Source: Candidatus Rokuibacteriota bacterium (lineage in GTDB: Bacteria > Methylomirabilota > Methylomirabilia > Rokubacteriales > CSP1-6). From it: a DNA stretch of 64,000 nucleotides. Made by a program: the position numbers and the translations under genes. Below, one piece after another: positions 52,243 to 60,652 of this stretch (within the stretch, counting starts at the first letter, position 1; every line of letters begins with the position of its first letter). Under the pieces are notes generated by a model that saw only the letters and a program-made list of their open reading frames with translations, was not told the origin of the DNA and did not search any database. The DNA is taken from NCBI GenBank assembly GCA_044869815.1, contig JBIOXS010000143.1:7563-71562 (forward strand), given 5' to 3'.

Positions 52243-53595
52243 CTACGCCAGCGCGACGAGGCGAAGCTCGAGCACCCGACCGGTCGTCACCGTCACCGGC
52301 GCCGTCGCCGCCCGCCGGAGCCCGGCCACCCAGACGATCTCGCCATCCGCCTCGACGATCGGCACGCGGCCGCGCTCCCAGCGCGGGACCCTGGCGTCGA
52401 TCAGCAGCGATTTGAGGCGCCGCTCGCCGCCGCCGAACGCCGTCAGACGATCGCCGCGGCGGCGTGCGCGCACGAGAAGACGGGGCGGCAGCCGGGCGGC
52501 ATCGAAGGCGGCCCGATCTGGCTTCCGCGGCAGCTCGTAGGCCGCCGCGGGCACGACGATGGCCTCGAGTGCGCGGCCGATCTCGGGGAGCTCCACACGT
52601 CCCGGTGCCTCGATCGTGCGCGTGGCGAGCGGCGGCATCGGCCCCGCTCCGACGCGCACGCGGTCGCCGCTGACCTCCACGACGACGCCGCCCAACCGGA
52701 ACGGTCGCCTCGGGGCGATCGGCGCCAGCACGCGCCGCAGACCGCGATGTCCCCACGCGCGGAGCGGCGCGCGGCTGCCGAGACTGGCCGCGGCCGCTCT
52801 CAGGATCTCGGCGGCGACGGCCGTGGGAAGGCCGCCGAGGGCGGCGCGCGAGAGCGTCAACCCCGCGGCACTCCGGTCGGCCAGCCGCTCGAGCTCGCGC
52901 GCGGCCATCTCGTCGAGGGCGTCGACGTTCTGTCGGGCCGCGCGAGCCACGGCCGTCAGATGCGTGACGATGTCGGCATCGTAGGTCGAGCCGAGCAGCG
53001 GCAAGAGCTCGTGCCGCACGCGGTTGCGGAAAAACTTCGGATCCTCGTTGGACGGATCCTCCACCCACGGCAGGCGGGCGGCTTCGAGCGCGCCGACCGC
53101 GTCGCGATGGCGCGCCTCGATGAGCGGTCGGATGATACGTCCGCGTACCGGCGGGATGCCGGCGATCCCGCGCACGCCGGTCCCTTCGATGAGGCGCATC
53201 AGAACGGTCTCCGCCTGATCGTCGGCGGTCTGACCGAGCGCGATTCGCGCGGCGCCCACCCGATCGGCGGCGGCCTCGAGGGCCGCGTGCCGCGCGGCGC
53301 GCGCGGCGGCTTCGACCGAGCCCGGGCCCACGCGTACCGCCGACACGTCCACGGGCACGCCGAGGCTCTCGCCGAGGCGGCGGACGAACGCGGCATCGGC
53401 CGCAGAGTCGTCGCGCAGCCCGTGGTCCACGTGCAGGACACGCAGGCGGAGCCGCCACTGCGGCGCCAGCCCGAGAAGGGTCGTGAGAAGCGCCACCGAA
53501 TCGGCGCCGCCGGAGACGCCGACGAGCACGGTCTCGCCGCCGGTCAGCATCGAGTAACGCCGGAGCGTGCGCTCGACGGTCTCCGCCAGCGACAT
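52243..53595 (-). CDS. tilS: tRNA(Ile)-lysidine synthase
   Basis: PP-loop VGVSGGADSVALL, HVDHGLR. ATG at 53593-53595. Confidence 0.9.
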   Translation of the reverse strand: MSLAETVERTLRRYSMLTGGETVLVGVSGGADSVALLTTLLGLAPQWRLRLRVLHVDHGLRDDSAADAAFVRRLGESLGVPVDVSAVRVGPGSVEAAARAARHAALEAAADRVGAARIALGQTADDQAETVLMRLIEGTGVRGIAGIPPVRGRIIRPLIEARHRDAVGALEAARLPWVEDPSNEDPKFFRNRVRHELLPLLGSTYDADIVTHLTAVARAARQNVDALDEMAARELERLADRSAAGLTLSRAALGGLPTAVAAEILRAAAASLGSRAPLRAWGHRGLRRVLAPIAPRRPFRLGGVVVEVSGDRVRVGAGPMPPLATRTIEAPGRVELPEIGRALEAIVVPAAAYELPRKPDRAAFDAARLPPRLLVRARRRGDRLTAFGGGERRLKSLLIDARVPRWERGRVPIVEADGEIVWVAGLRRAATAPVTVTTGRVLELRLVALA

Positions 53596-53597
53596 CG

Positions 53598-54278
53598 CTA
53601 TCCGCCCTGCAGCCCTACCCACACCTCGCCGTCCTCGAAGTGCTCCTTCTTCCAGACCGGCACGGTGCGCTTGAGCGTGTCGATCGCGTAGCGACAGGCC
53701 TCGAAGGCGTCACCCCGGTGCGCGGCGGAGACGGCGATGAGGACGGAGGACTCGCCGATCTCGAGGCGGCCGGTGCGGTGCAGGATCGCCACGCGGCGCA
53801 CGCCCGCCCACCGGGCGCGAATGGCGCGGCCGATCTCGCGCATCTTCGCCTCCGCCATCGCGGGATGGGCCTCGTACTCGAGGAACTTCACCGGCCGGCC
53901 ATCCGTCTGGTTGCGGACGACGCCGGAGAAGATCACGATGCCTCCCGCGCCGGGCTCGTCGACCTCGGCCGCGATCGCGTCCGTCGACAGCGGGCTCCCG
54001 ACGACCCGGTAGATGTCGGCGGTGGGCGGTGCGCTCCCGCCGCTCACGGGGGGAAAGAAGCAGAGCTCGTCGTCGGCGTGCAGACGGTGATCACCCTCGA
54101 CGTAATCGTGGCCGACGGCGAAGAGCGTGTACGGACGGTACCGGGCCAGCTCCGGATGGCGCTCGACCATTGCCTTCCACGCCGTCTCGACGGTACCGCC
54201 GTCGGGAAGATCGACGTCCACCCGCTCCCGCCCGGTGGCTTCACGATACCGGGCGAAGAGGAGGACGCGGACGCGCAC
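53598..54278 (-). CDS. fused molybdopterin synthase MoaD-MoaE
   Basis: The N-terminal ~81 aa are MoaD-like and end in FFPPVSGG. The remainder is MoaE (GAGGIVIFSGVVRN...LEYEAH...TVPVWKKE). Confidence 0.85.
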   Translation of the reverse strand: MRVRVLLFARYREATGRERVDVDLPDGGTVETAWKAMVERHPELARYRPYTLFAVGHDYVEGDHRLHADDELCFFPPVSGGSAPPTADIYRVVGSPLSTDAIAAEVDEPGAGGIVIFSGVVRNQTDGRPVKFLEYEAHPAMAEAKMREIGRAIRARWAGVRRVAILHRTGRLEIGESSVLIAVSAAHRGDAFEACRYAIDTLKRTVPVWKKEHFEDGEVWVGLQGG

Positions 54279-54281
54279 GGA

Positions 54282-54608
54282 CTAGAAGCGGTGAGACTGA
54301 CCGCAGCCGCAGCTCGACTTCACGTTCGGGTTCTTGATCGCGAACCCGGCGCCCATCATGTCGTTCTGGACGAAGTCGATCTCGCTGCCCTGCAGATACG
54401 GCGCGCTCATCTTGTCGATGTAGACCTTGATGCCCTGAGCGTCGATGACGTTGTCGTCGGACTGCTGCTGATCCTCCCAGCCGAGCTCGTACGACATCCC
54501 TGAGCACCCGCCGCCCACCACCCGGATGCGCAGCCCCCACTCCGGCTTGCCCTCTTCCAGGCGAAGCTCTGACACTTTCTTGGCGGCCGTTTCGCTCATC
54601 GTGATCAT
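54282..54608 (-). CDS. A-type iron-sulfur cluster carrier (IscA/ErpA/HesB family)
   Basis: GGGCSGMSY and a C-terminal SCGCGQSF-like motif (SSCGCGQSHRF). Confidence 0.92.
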   Translation of the reverse strand: MITMSETAAKKVSELRLEEGKPEWGLRIRVVGGGCSGMSYELGWEDQQQSDDNVIDAQGIKVYIDKMSAPYLQGSEIDFVQNDMMGAGFAIKNPNVKSSCGCGQSHRF

Positions 54609-54662
54609 TCGATCCTCCGGTAAAACAAGGGACTTTCAGGCCCGACGCCTAGCGTCATCGTA

Positions 54663-55382
54663 TCACAGGATTCCACCCGCCGGCAGGAGGGTGAGCTCCT
54701 CGAGCGAGGCGTGCGGCGGGAGGGTCGCCATGAGCACGGCCGCGCGCGCGACGTCCTCGGGCCGCAGCATCTTGTCGCGGGGCGGCGTCGACCCCATCGA
54801 GTCCCAGATCGGCGTGTCGACCGCCCCCGGCACGAGCACGCCGACGCGGACGCCGTGCGGGCGCACCTCTTCCGCGAGGACACGGCTGAAGGCATCGAGG
54901 CCGGCCTTGGAAGCCGTGTACACCGCCGAGCCCGGCAGCGCGCGCCTGGACGCGATCGACGAGAGGTTCAGGATCGTGCCGGAGCGCTGGCGAATCATCA
55001 CGGGCAGGACGGCGCGGCAGCACATGATCGCGGCGCGCAGGTTCAGCGTCAGCATGGCGTCCCAGTCGGCGGGCTTCGTATCCGCCACGGGACCGAACGC
55101 GGCCAGGCCGGCCGACGTGACCAGGATGTCGACGCGGTTCGTCTCCGACGTGGCCTGCTCGACCAGCGTGTCCACGGCCATGTCCTGCGTCACGTCGGTC
55201 GGAATGGCGAGCGCACGGCCGCCCGCCTCGCGCACCTCGGCCGCCACCGTGGCCAGGTCGGCGCGGGAGCGCGCCGCCAGCACCACCGTCGCCCCTTCGG
55301 CGGCGAATGCGCGCGCGATGGCGCGGCCGATGCCGCGCCCGGCTCCGGTCACGATGGCTGTCTTGCCTTCGAGCGCCTTCAT
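54663..55382 (-). CDS. classical short-chain dehydrogenase/reductase (candidate sepiapterin-type reductase by context)
   Basis: [12 protein letters not shown] and YTASKAG motifs, 239 aa. ATGA overlap with the folE stop. Confidence 0.85.
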   Translation of the reverse strand: MKALEGKTAIVTGAGRGIGRAIARAFAAEGATVVLAARSRADLATVAAEVREAGGRALAIPTDVTQDMAVDTLVEQATSETNRVDILVTSAGLAAFGPVADTKPADWDAMLTLNLRAAIMCCRAVLPVMIRQRSGTILNLSSIASRRALPGSAVYTASKAGLDAFSRVLAEEVRPHGVRVGVLVPGAVDTPIWDSMGSTPPRDKMLRPEDVARAAVLMATLPPHASLEELTLLPAGGIL

Positions 55383-55942
55383 ATCTGCAACCCCCGACTG
55401 CTCTTGATGAGCTCCATGAACTCCGCGCGCGTCTCGGGCCGATCGCGAAACGCGCCCAACATCGCCGATGTGACGGCTTTCGAATTCTGCTTCTCGACAC
55501 CGCGCATCAGCATGCAGAGATGAATAGCCTCCATGACAACGGCGACCCCACGCGGCTGCAGCGCATCGTTCAGCGCGTTCGCGACTTGCACCGTCAGTCG
55601 TTCCTGGACCTGGAGCCGCCGGCTGAACATTTCGATGAGCCGTGGAATCTTGGAGAGACCGACGATCTTTTTGTCGGGCATATACGCGACGTGCGCTTTG
55701 CCAAAAAATGGAATCGCATGATGTTCGCAGAGAGAAAAGAAGTCGATGTCCTTCACGATGACCATCTCGTCGTACTCTTCGACGAACAGCGCATCGTTGA
55801 GGATGTCCTCCACCTTCTTGTCGTAGCCGGACGTCAGGAACCGTAGCGAGGCGGCCACGCGCTCGGGCGTCTTGATCAGGCCCTCGCGCCCCGCGTCCTC
55901 GCCGAGCTCTTTGAGCAGCTGCTCCACGAGCTTCTCGATCAT
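55379..55942 (-). CDS. folE: GTP cyclohydrolase I (FolE type 1)
   Basis: [43 protein letters not shown]. Confidence 0.95.
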   Translation of the reverse strand: MIEKLVEQLLKELGEDAGREGLIKTPERVAASLRFLTSGYDKKVEDILNDALFVEEYDEMVIVKDIDFFSLCEHHAIPFFGKAHVAYMPDKKIVGLSKIPRLIEMFSRRLQVQERLTVQVANALNDALQPRGVAVVMEAIHLCMLMRGVEKQNSKAVTSAMLGAFRDRPETRAEFMELIKSSRGLQI

Positions 55943-56355
55943 TCGGCGTCGCCTCGATACTCGAACCGGTTCTTCGCCGTTTCAACAACGGAGATACGCC
56001 GCAGGCTCCCGGGTGGCGTAACCGCCGGCGCCAGGATTCGCCAGAACGCGCGGGCCAGGCCCTCCCCGGTGGTGATGACCCCGGCCAGGGCGGAGGCCTC
56101 TTCGAGCTTGCCGTGATCCAGCTCGTCGAGCACCAGGCGTTCCACGCGCTCGTCGAGCGCGGCCAGGTCGACCGCCATCCCCGTCATCGCATCGGGGACG
56201 CCGGCCACGCTGACCTCCAGATAGTAATTGTGGCCGTGCGGCCGGTGACAGGCGCCGTACAGCGCCGCGTTCGCCTCCGGCGAGAGAGCGGGGTTCGTGA
56301 GCTCGTGCGCCGCGCTGAAATGGTAGACCCGCGTCAGCGTCACCTCACGCGCCAT
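55939..56355 (-). CDS. 6-pyruvoyl-tetrahydropterin / 6-carboxy-tetrahydropterin synthase (PTPS/QueD family, Cys-containing)
   Basis: 138 aa, FSAAHEL and [13 protein letters not shown] (CxxxHGH). ATGA overlap with the folE start. Confidence 0.88.
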   Translation of the reverse strand: MAREVTLTRVYHFSAAHELTNPALSPEANAALYGACHRPHGHNYYLEVSVAGVPDAMTGMAVDLAALDERVERLVLDELDHGKLEEASALAGVITTGEGLARAFWRILAPAVTPPGSLRRISVVETAKNRFEYRGDAE

Positions 56356-56749
56356 CGTATTCCACCGAGAGCGTGGCGTCCTCCCAGACACGCACGGACG
56401 CGAGTCGATCGCCGCCGAGCTTCGGGGCGAGCAGGTCCCACACCGTGAGCGCGATGTTCTCCGTGGTGGGGACGCGGTCGCGGAAGAGCGGGTCGGCATT
56501 GAGGTCGGCGTGGTCGAAGCGCTCGACGATCGTCTCTCCCACCACGCGCTTGAGCTCGGCGAGGTCGATCACCATGCCCGTGCGCTCGTCGATGTCGCCG
56601 TGCACGGTGACGTCGAGGATGTAATTGTGGCCGTGAGGGACGGTCAGCCGACCGAACACCCGTTCGTTCTCCTCGGGCGACCATGCGCCGACCCAGTACC
56701 GGTGGCCGGCCGCGAAGCTGAACCGCCGCGTCGAGCGGGCGCGCGCCAT
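56345..56749 (-). CDS. PTPS/QueD-family paralog lacking the catalytic-site Cys
   Basis: 134 aa, FAAGHRY and VPHGHNYILDVTV. Overlaps the next gene by 11 nt. Confidence 0.85.
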   Translation of the reverse strand: MARARSTRRFSFAAGHRYWVGAWSPEENERVFGRLTVPHGHNYILDVTVHGDIDERTGMVIDLAELKRVVGETIVERFDHADLNADPLFRDRVPTTENIALTVWDLLAPKLGGDRLASVRVWEDATLSVEYDGA

Positions 56750-57808
56750 CTAGGGCAGCGCCTCCAGCAGTCGCGTCGCCACCTGCGGCAGGTCGAGCGC
56801 CTCCACCCGACGGCGGCCGTTGTCGCCGAGCTCGCGCCGCAGTGCCGCGCTCGTCAGCAGCTTCTCCATCGCCATCGCCAGCTCCTCCGGACTCCGCGGA
56901 CTCACGAGCAATCCCGTCCGCCCGTCCTCGACCACCTCGGGCACCGCGGCCGCACGGCACGCCACCACCGGCAGCCCGGCGGCCATCGCCTCCGTGAAGA
57001 CGATCCCGAAGCCTTCTTGAACGGTCGGCAGGCAGAAGCAGTCCGCTCCTACGTATTCTACGGCCAACGCCTGACGGGGGATCTCACCCAGGAAGGCGAC
57101 CGTGTCGGCGAGCGCGAGCTCCTGCGCGAGCCGCCTGAGCCGGGCGGACTCCGGGCCCTCCCCTACGATGCGGACGCGGAGGCCCGGGATTCGGGGCCGA
57201 AGGGTGCGCGCCGCACGCAGGAGATCGTCCAGACGCTTGCGCGGATACATCCGCGCGACGGCGAGGACCGTGGGCGCCGTGTCGGCCCGGGCCGGCACGG
57301 CAGCGAATCGGCGGCGCCATTCCCCGAGATCGATCGGCTCTGGGACGACGGCGACGGCCCGGGCCGGCACGCCGTAGACGTCCTGGGCGACCGAGCCGGA
57401 GTACCGGCTGGGAACGATCACGCGGTCGGCGGCGTGGACGTTGCGCCGCTCCCAGCGGGCCTGCAACGCCAGCAACGCACGGACGAGGCCACGTTCGTTA
57501 CGAAGCTCGTCGGCGATGATGCCCTTGAGCATGACGGCGTACGGCATCCGCGGGAGGCGTCTCGGCCCCCAGAGAAAGCCATCGAGGTCGACGCCGATCA
57601 CGACGTCGGCCCGGGGCGGCGTCCGGAGCAGCTCGCGGTTGTAGCGCCACCGATCGAGGGTGTGGAAGCCCGACCGCACGCGCAGCGGACGGAGGGCTGC
57701 CGCGTGACCGAGCAGGGCGAGCCCGCGAATCACGCCGTCGATGGCGACCCAGGTCCCGCTGCCCTCGCTCGGGCCCGGCGGCGTCGAGCTCAGGAACTCG
57801 AGACGCAC
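56750..57808 (-). CDS. GT-B glycosyltransferase (GT4-like)
   Basis: 352 aa, C-terminal PTVQEGFGIVFTEAMAAGLPVVA...EVVEDGRTGLLV (E-x7-E region). The stop abuts the next ATG. Confidence 0.87.
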   Translation of the reverse strand: MRLEFLSSTPPGPSEGSGTWVAIDGVIRGLALLGHAAALRPLRVRSGFHTLDRWRYNRELLRTPPRADVVIGVDLDGFLWGPRRLPRMPYAVMLKGIIADELRNERGLVRALLALQARWERRNVHAADRVIVPSRYSGSVAQDVYGVPARAVAVVPEPIDLGEWRRRFAAVPARADTAPTVLAVARMYPRKRLDDLLRAARTLRPRIPGLRVRIVGEGPESARLRRLAQELALADTVAFLGEIPRQALAVEYVGADCFCLPTVQEGFGIVFTEAMAAGLPVVACRAAAVPEVVEDGRTGLLVSPRSPEELAMAMEKLLTSAALRRELGDNGRRRVEALDLPQVATRLLEALP

Positions 57809-57814
57809 GCCGCT

Positions 57815-58612
57815 TCAGCGACCCTGGAACTTGGGCGGGCGCTTCTCCAGAAACGCCCGCGTGCCCTCCTTGTAGTCCGCGCTCTCGAACGCCTCGCGGG
57901 CGAGGTCGCGCAGCTGGCGCCGTCGCTCGTCGGTGAAGCCCGCGCGGTAGAACTGGACCGCCTGCTTGCTGCCGCGCACCGACTGCGGCGCGTTGTCGGC
58001 CACCGTCTTCAGATAGTCATAGGTCGCGCGCTCGAGCGCGGCGGGTACCAGCAGGCGCTGGATGAGGCCGATGGCCAGCGCCTCACGGTCATCGACCGCG
58101 CGCGCCGAGAACAGGATGTCCTTCGCGTACGCGGGGCCGACCAAATCGACGAGCTGACCGATGGCGACTGGCGGATAGACGATGTTCAGACGGGCCGCCG
58201 GAATCCCGAACCTCGCGCCCTGGGCCGCGAAGCGGAGATCGCAGCCCATGGCGATCCCCATGGCGCCGCCCATGCAGAAGCCGTGGATCATCGCGATCGT
58301 CGGCTTGGGACACTCGCGGATGGCCGCGTAGGCGGCGCCGGTCGCGGCGTTGTAACGCTCCGAGCTCTCGAGATCCTTGCGCTGCTCCTCGAACTCCGAG
58401 ATGTCGGCGCCGGAGGCGAAGGCCACGGTGCCGGCGCCGCGGTAGACGATCGCGCGCACGGAGTCGTCCTTCACCAGCCCCTCGGTGATGCGCGCGATGT
58501 CGACCCACATCGCATAGGTGATGGCGTTGCGCATGCGCGGGCGGTTGAAGACCACGGTGGCGATGGCGCCGTCGTGCTGGACGAGGATGTCAGTGCTGCC
58601 GGCGGGATTCAC
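57815..58612 (-). CDS. enoyl-CoA hydratase/isomerase (crotonase) family protein
   Basis: FNRPRMRNA, FASGADISEF, HGFCMGGAMGIAMGCDLR. Confidence 0.9.
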   Translation of the reverse strand: MNPAGSTDILVQHDGAIATVVFNRPRMRNAITYAMWVDIARITEGLVKDDSVRAIVYRGAGTVAFASGADISEFEEQRKDLESSERYNAATGAAYAAIRECPKPTIAMIHGFCMGGAMGIAMGCDLRFAAQGARFGIPAARLNIVYPPVAIGQLVDLVGPAYAKDILFSARAVDDREALAIGLIQRLLVPAALERATYDYLKTVADNAPQSVRGSKQAVQFYRAGFTDERRRQLRDLAREAFESADYKEGTRAFLEKRPPKFQGR

Positions 58613-58676
58613 GAGCGTCGAGTGTAGCAGAACGGCGCCGAGCGGGGGCCGAGCCCCGCCCGGCGCCGGCGCACGA

Positions 58677-59474
58677 TTACACGCTGCGCGCGGCCGAGGG
58701 CTTGTGGTTGACCTCGCCCATCGAGCGGGCGCCCTTGGCGACGACGGTGAAGCAGACGTCGTATACGAAGATCGCGACGGCGGCGCCGACGAAGGGACCG
58801 AACCAGTACACCCAGTGGTTGTTCCACACTCCCGCCACCAGGGCGGGGCCGAAGCTGCGCGCCGGATTCATGGAAGCGCCGGTCAGCGGGGCGCCGACCA
58901 GCTGACCAAGGACGACGACGAGGCCGATGACGGCCAGTCTCACCGGCGAGCCGCCGCGCGCAGCCGCCAGCACGGCGGCCACCAGCACGGACGTGAGCAC
59001 GATCTCGGTCACGAGACCGCCGCCGATGGTGACGCGGGCCGCGAGCATGTCCGAGCCGAGGGTGCCGTGCATCGAGCTGGGGATCATGACCATGAGCAGG
59101 AGGGCGCCCACGACGGCGCCGACGCATTGCGACAGCACGTACATGGCCGCCCTGGCCGCGCGGATCTGCTTGGACATCATGGCGGCGAAGGTCACCGCCG
59201 GATTCAGATGGCCACCCGAGATCGGCATGGTGGCGGCCACGAAGACCGCATAGGCGACGCCGTGCGCGAGCGCGACGGCGAGCAGGCGGGCCGAGGTCAT
59301 CCGCTCGGCGAGCAGCCCGCCGGTGACGGCCACCGTTCCCGCGCTGAACACGACGAACAGCAGCGTGCCCAGAAACTCTGCCATGAGCGCGCGGCGGCCT
59401 TCACGGGACGCCAGCTCCGCCTTCAGCTTCTGGACGACCATCATTCCATTGCCGTTCGACGATTGCCGTTTCAT
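58677..59474 (-). CDS. aquaporin (MIP family)
   Basis: Two NPA boxes (GGHLNPAVTF, SMNPARSFG). Start at ATG 59472-59474 after GGGAGG. Confidence 0.9.
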   Translation of the reverse strand: MKRQSSNGNGMMVVQKLKAELASREGRRALMAEFLGTLLFVVFSAGTVAVTGGLLAERMTSARLLAVALAHGVAYAVFVAATMPISGGHLNPAVTFAAMMSKQIRAARAAMYVLSQCVGAVVGALLLMVMIPSSMHGTLGSDMLAARVTIGGGLVTEIVLTSVLVAAVLAAARGGSPVRLAVIGLVVVLGQLVGAPLTGASMNPARSFGPALVAGVWNNHWVYWFGPFVGAAVAIFVYDVCFTVVAKGARSMGEVNHKPSAARSV

Positions 59475-59646
59475 CCCCCATCCTCCCTGTTCGTCGCGCT
59501 TGGACAGAGCGCGTGCCGGTCGCGCAGATGCGCGGTGGAGCGATATCCGGGCCGGATGGAGCAAGGGCGATGCCGCGCCGACCGGCTGGCGAGGTGGACG
59601 TATCTAATGGATGAGCGCGCGTCCGCGGGCAGATCGGACGGCGTGC

Positions 59647-59663
59647 TGGCACCCAGGGTGCCA
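59647..59663. repeat. perfect 8-1-8 palindrome TGGCACCC-A-GGGTGCCA
   Basis: Lies 18 nt downstream of the SDR stop and about 170 nt upstream of the aquaporin start. It reads TGGCAC-N5-GTGC on both strands. Confidence 0.6.
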
Positions 59664-59680
59664 CTGCGACATGGCCGCGA

Positions 59681-60433
59681 TCACACGGCCAGATATCCGC
59701 CGTCGACGACGAGCTCGGTCCCGGTGATGTAGGACGCCTCGTCAGAGGCCAGGAACAGCACGGCATGGGCGACCTCTTCGACCCGGCCTTCGCGCTTCAT
59801 CGGCACCGCGCCGAGCATCTTCGCGCGCCACGCGGGATCCGCCGACATCTTGGACGTGCGCATCGGCGGCATGAAGCCGGGGTGCACGGAGTTGACGCGA
59901 ATGCCGTCCTTCGCGTATTGCACGGCCGCCGACTTGGTCATGAGACGCACCGCGCCCTTCGACGCGTTGTAGGCCATGTGGATCATAGACTGGCCCACGA
60001 AGCCGGAGATCGACGAGATGTTCACGATTGAGCCGCCGCCCGCCTCGCGCATGCGGGGAATCGCGTGCTTCATGCCGAGGAAGACGCCCTTGGCGTTGAC
60101 GTTCATCAACGCATCCCAGGCTGCCGTGCTCATCGTGTCGGGATCGAAGGTACCGCTGATCCCGGCGTTGTTCACGAGGATGTCGAGCCGGTCGAACGCC
60201 GCCACCGTCATCTCGATGGCCTTCTGCCAGTCCGCCTCGCCGGTGACGTCGAGCTTCACGAAGCGCGCCTGGCCGCCGCCGGCGACGATCTTGTCGACGA
60301 CCTGACGGCCTTCCACCTCGAGCAGGTCGCCCACCACGACCCGCGCGCCTTCGCGCGCGAACACCATCGCCTCGCTCTGCCCCATGCCGCTCGCACCGCC
60401 GCTGATCACCGCGACCTTGCCCGCGAGTCTCAT
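59681..60433 (-). CDS. short-chain dehydrogenase/reductase (FabG/glucose dehydrogenase-like)
   Basis: ISGGASGMGQ, NNAGI, YNASKGAV. Confidence 0.9.
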   Translation of the reverse strand: MRLAGKVAVISGGASGMGQSEAMVFAREGARVVVGDLLEVEGRQVVDKIVAGGGQARFVKLDVTGEADWQKAIEMTVAAFDRLDILVNNAGISGTFDPDTMSTAAWDALMNVNAKGVFLGMKHAIPRMREAGGGSIVNISSISGFVGQSMIHMAYNASKGAVRLMTKSAAVQYAKDGIRVNSVHPGFMPPMRTSKMSADPAWRAKMLGAVPMKREGRVEEVAHAVLFLASDEASYITGTELVVDGGYLAV

Positions 60434-60470
60434 GGCCGTCTCCTTCAGTCGCTCGCTCCGAGGCGAACAG

Positions 60471-60545
60471 TGGTGGCGGTGGGAGGAATTGAACCTCCGA
60501 CACGGGGCTTATGAGACCCCTGCTCTGCCGCTGAGCTACACCGCC
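60471..60545 (-). tRNA. tRNA with CAT anticodon (elongator Met or lysidine-modified Ile2), CCA encoded
   Basis: Reverse complement GGCGGTGTAGCTCAGCGGCAGAGCAGGGGTCTCATAAGCCCCGTGTCGGAGGTTCAATTCCTCCCACCGCCACCA folds into a 7/4/5/5 cloverleaf with anticodon loop CTCATAA. G1-C72 is paired, so it is not an initiator. Confidence 0.92.
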
Positions 60546-60652
60546 GTGAGCAGGTTGAGCCGAGTGAGTCTACCGCAGAGCTCGTCAGCGTGTAGGAGAA
60601 CGTGCCGGGACCGGGACGCCGTGTCTGGCCGCCGCTGATACACTCTGGCCGG

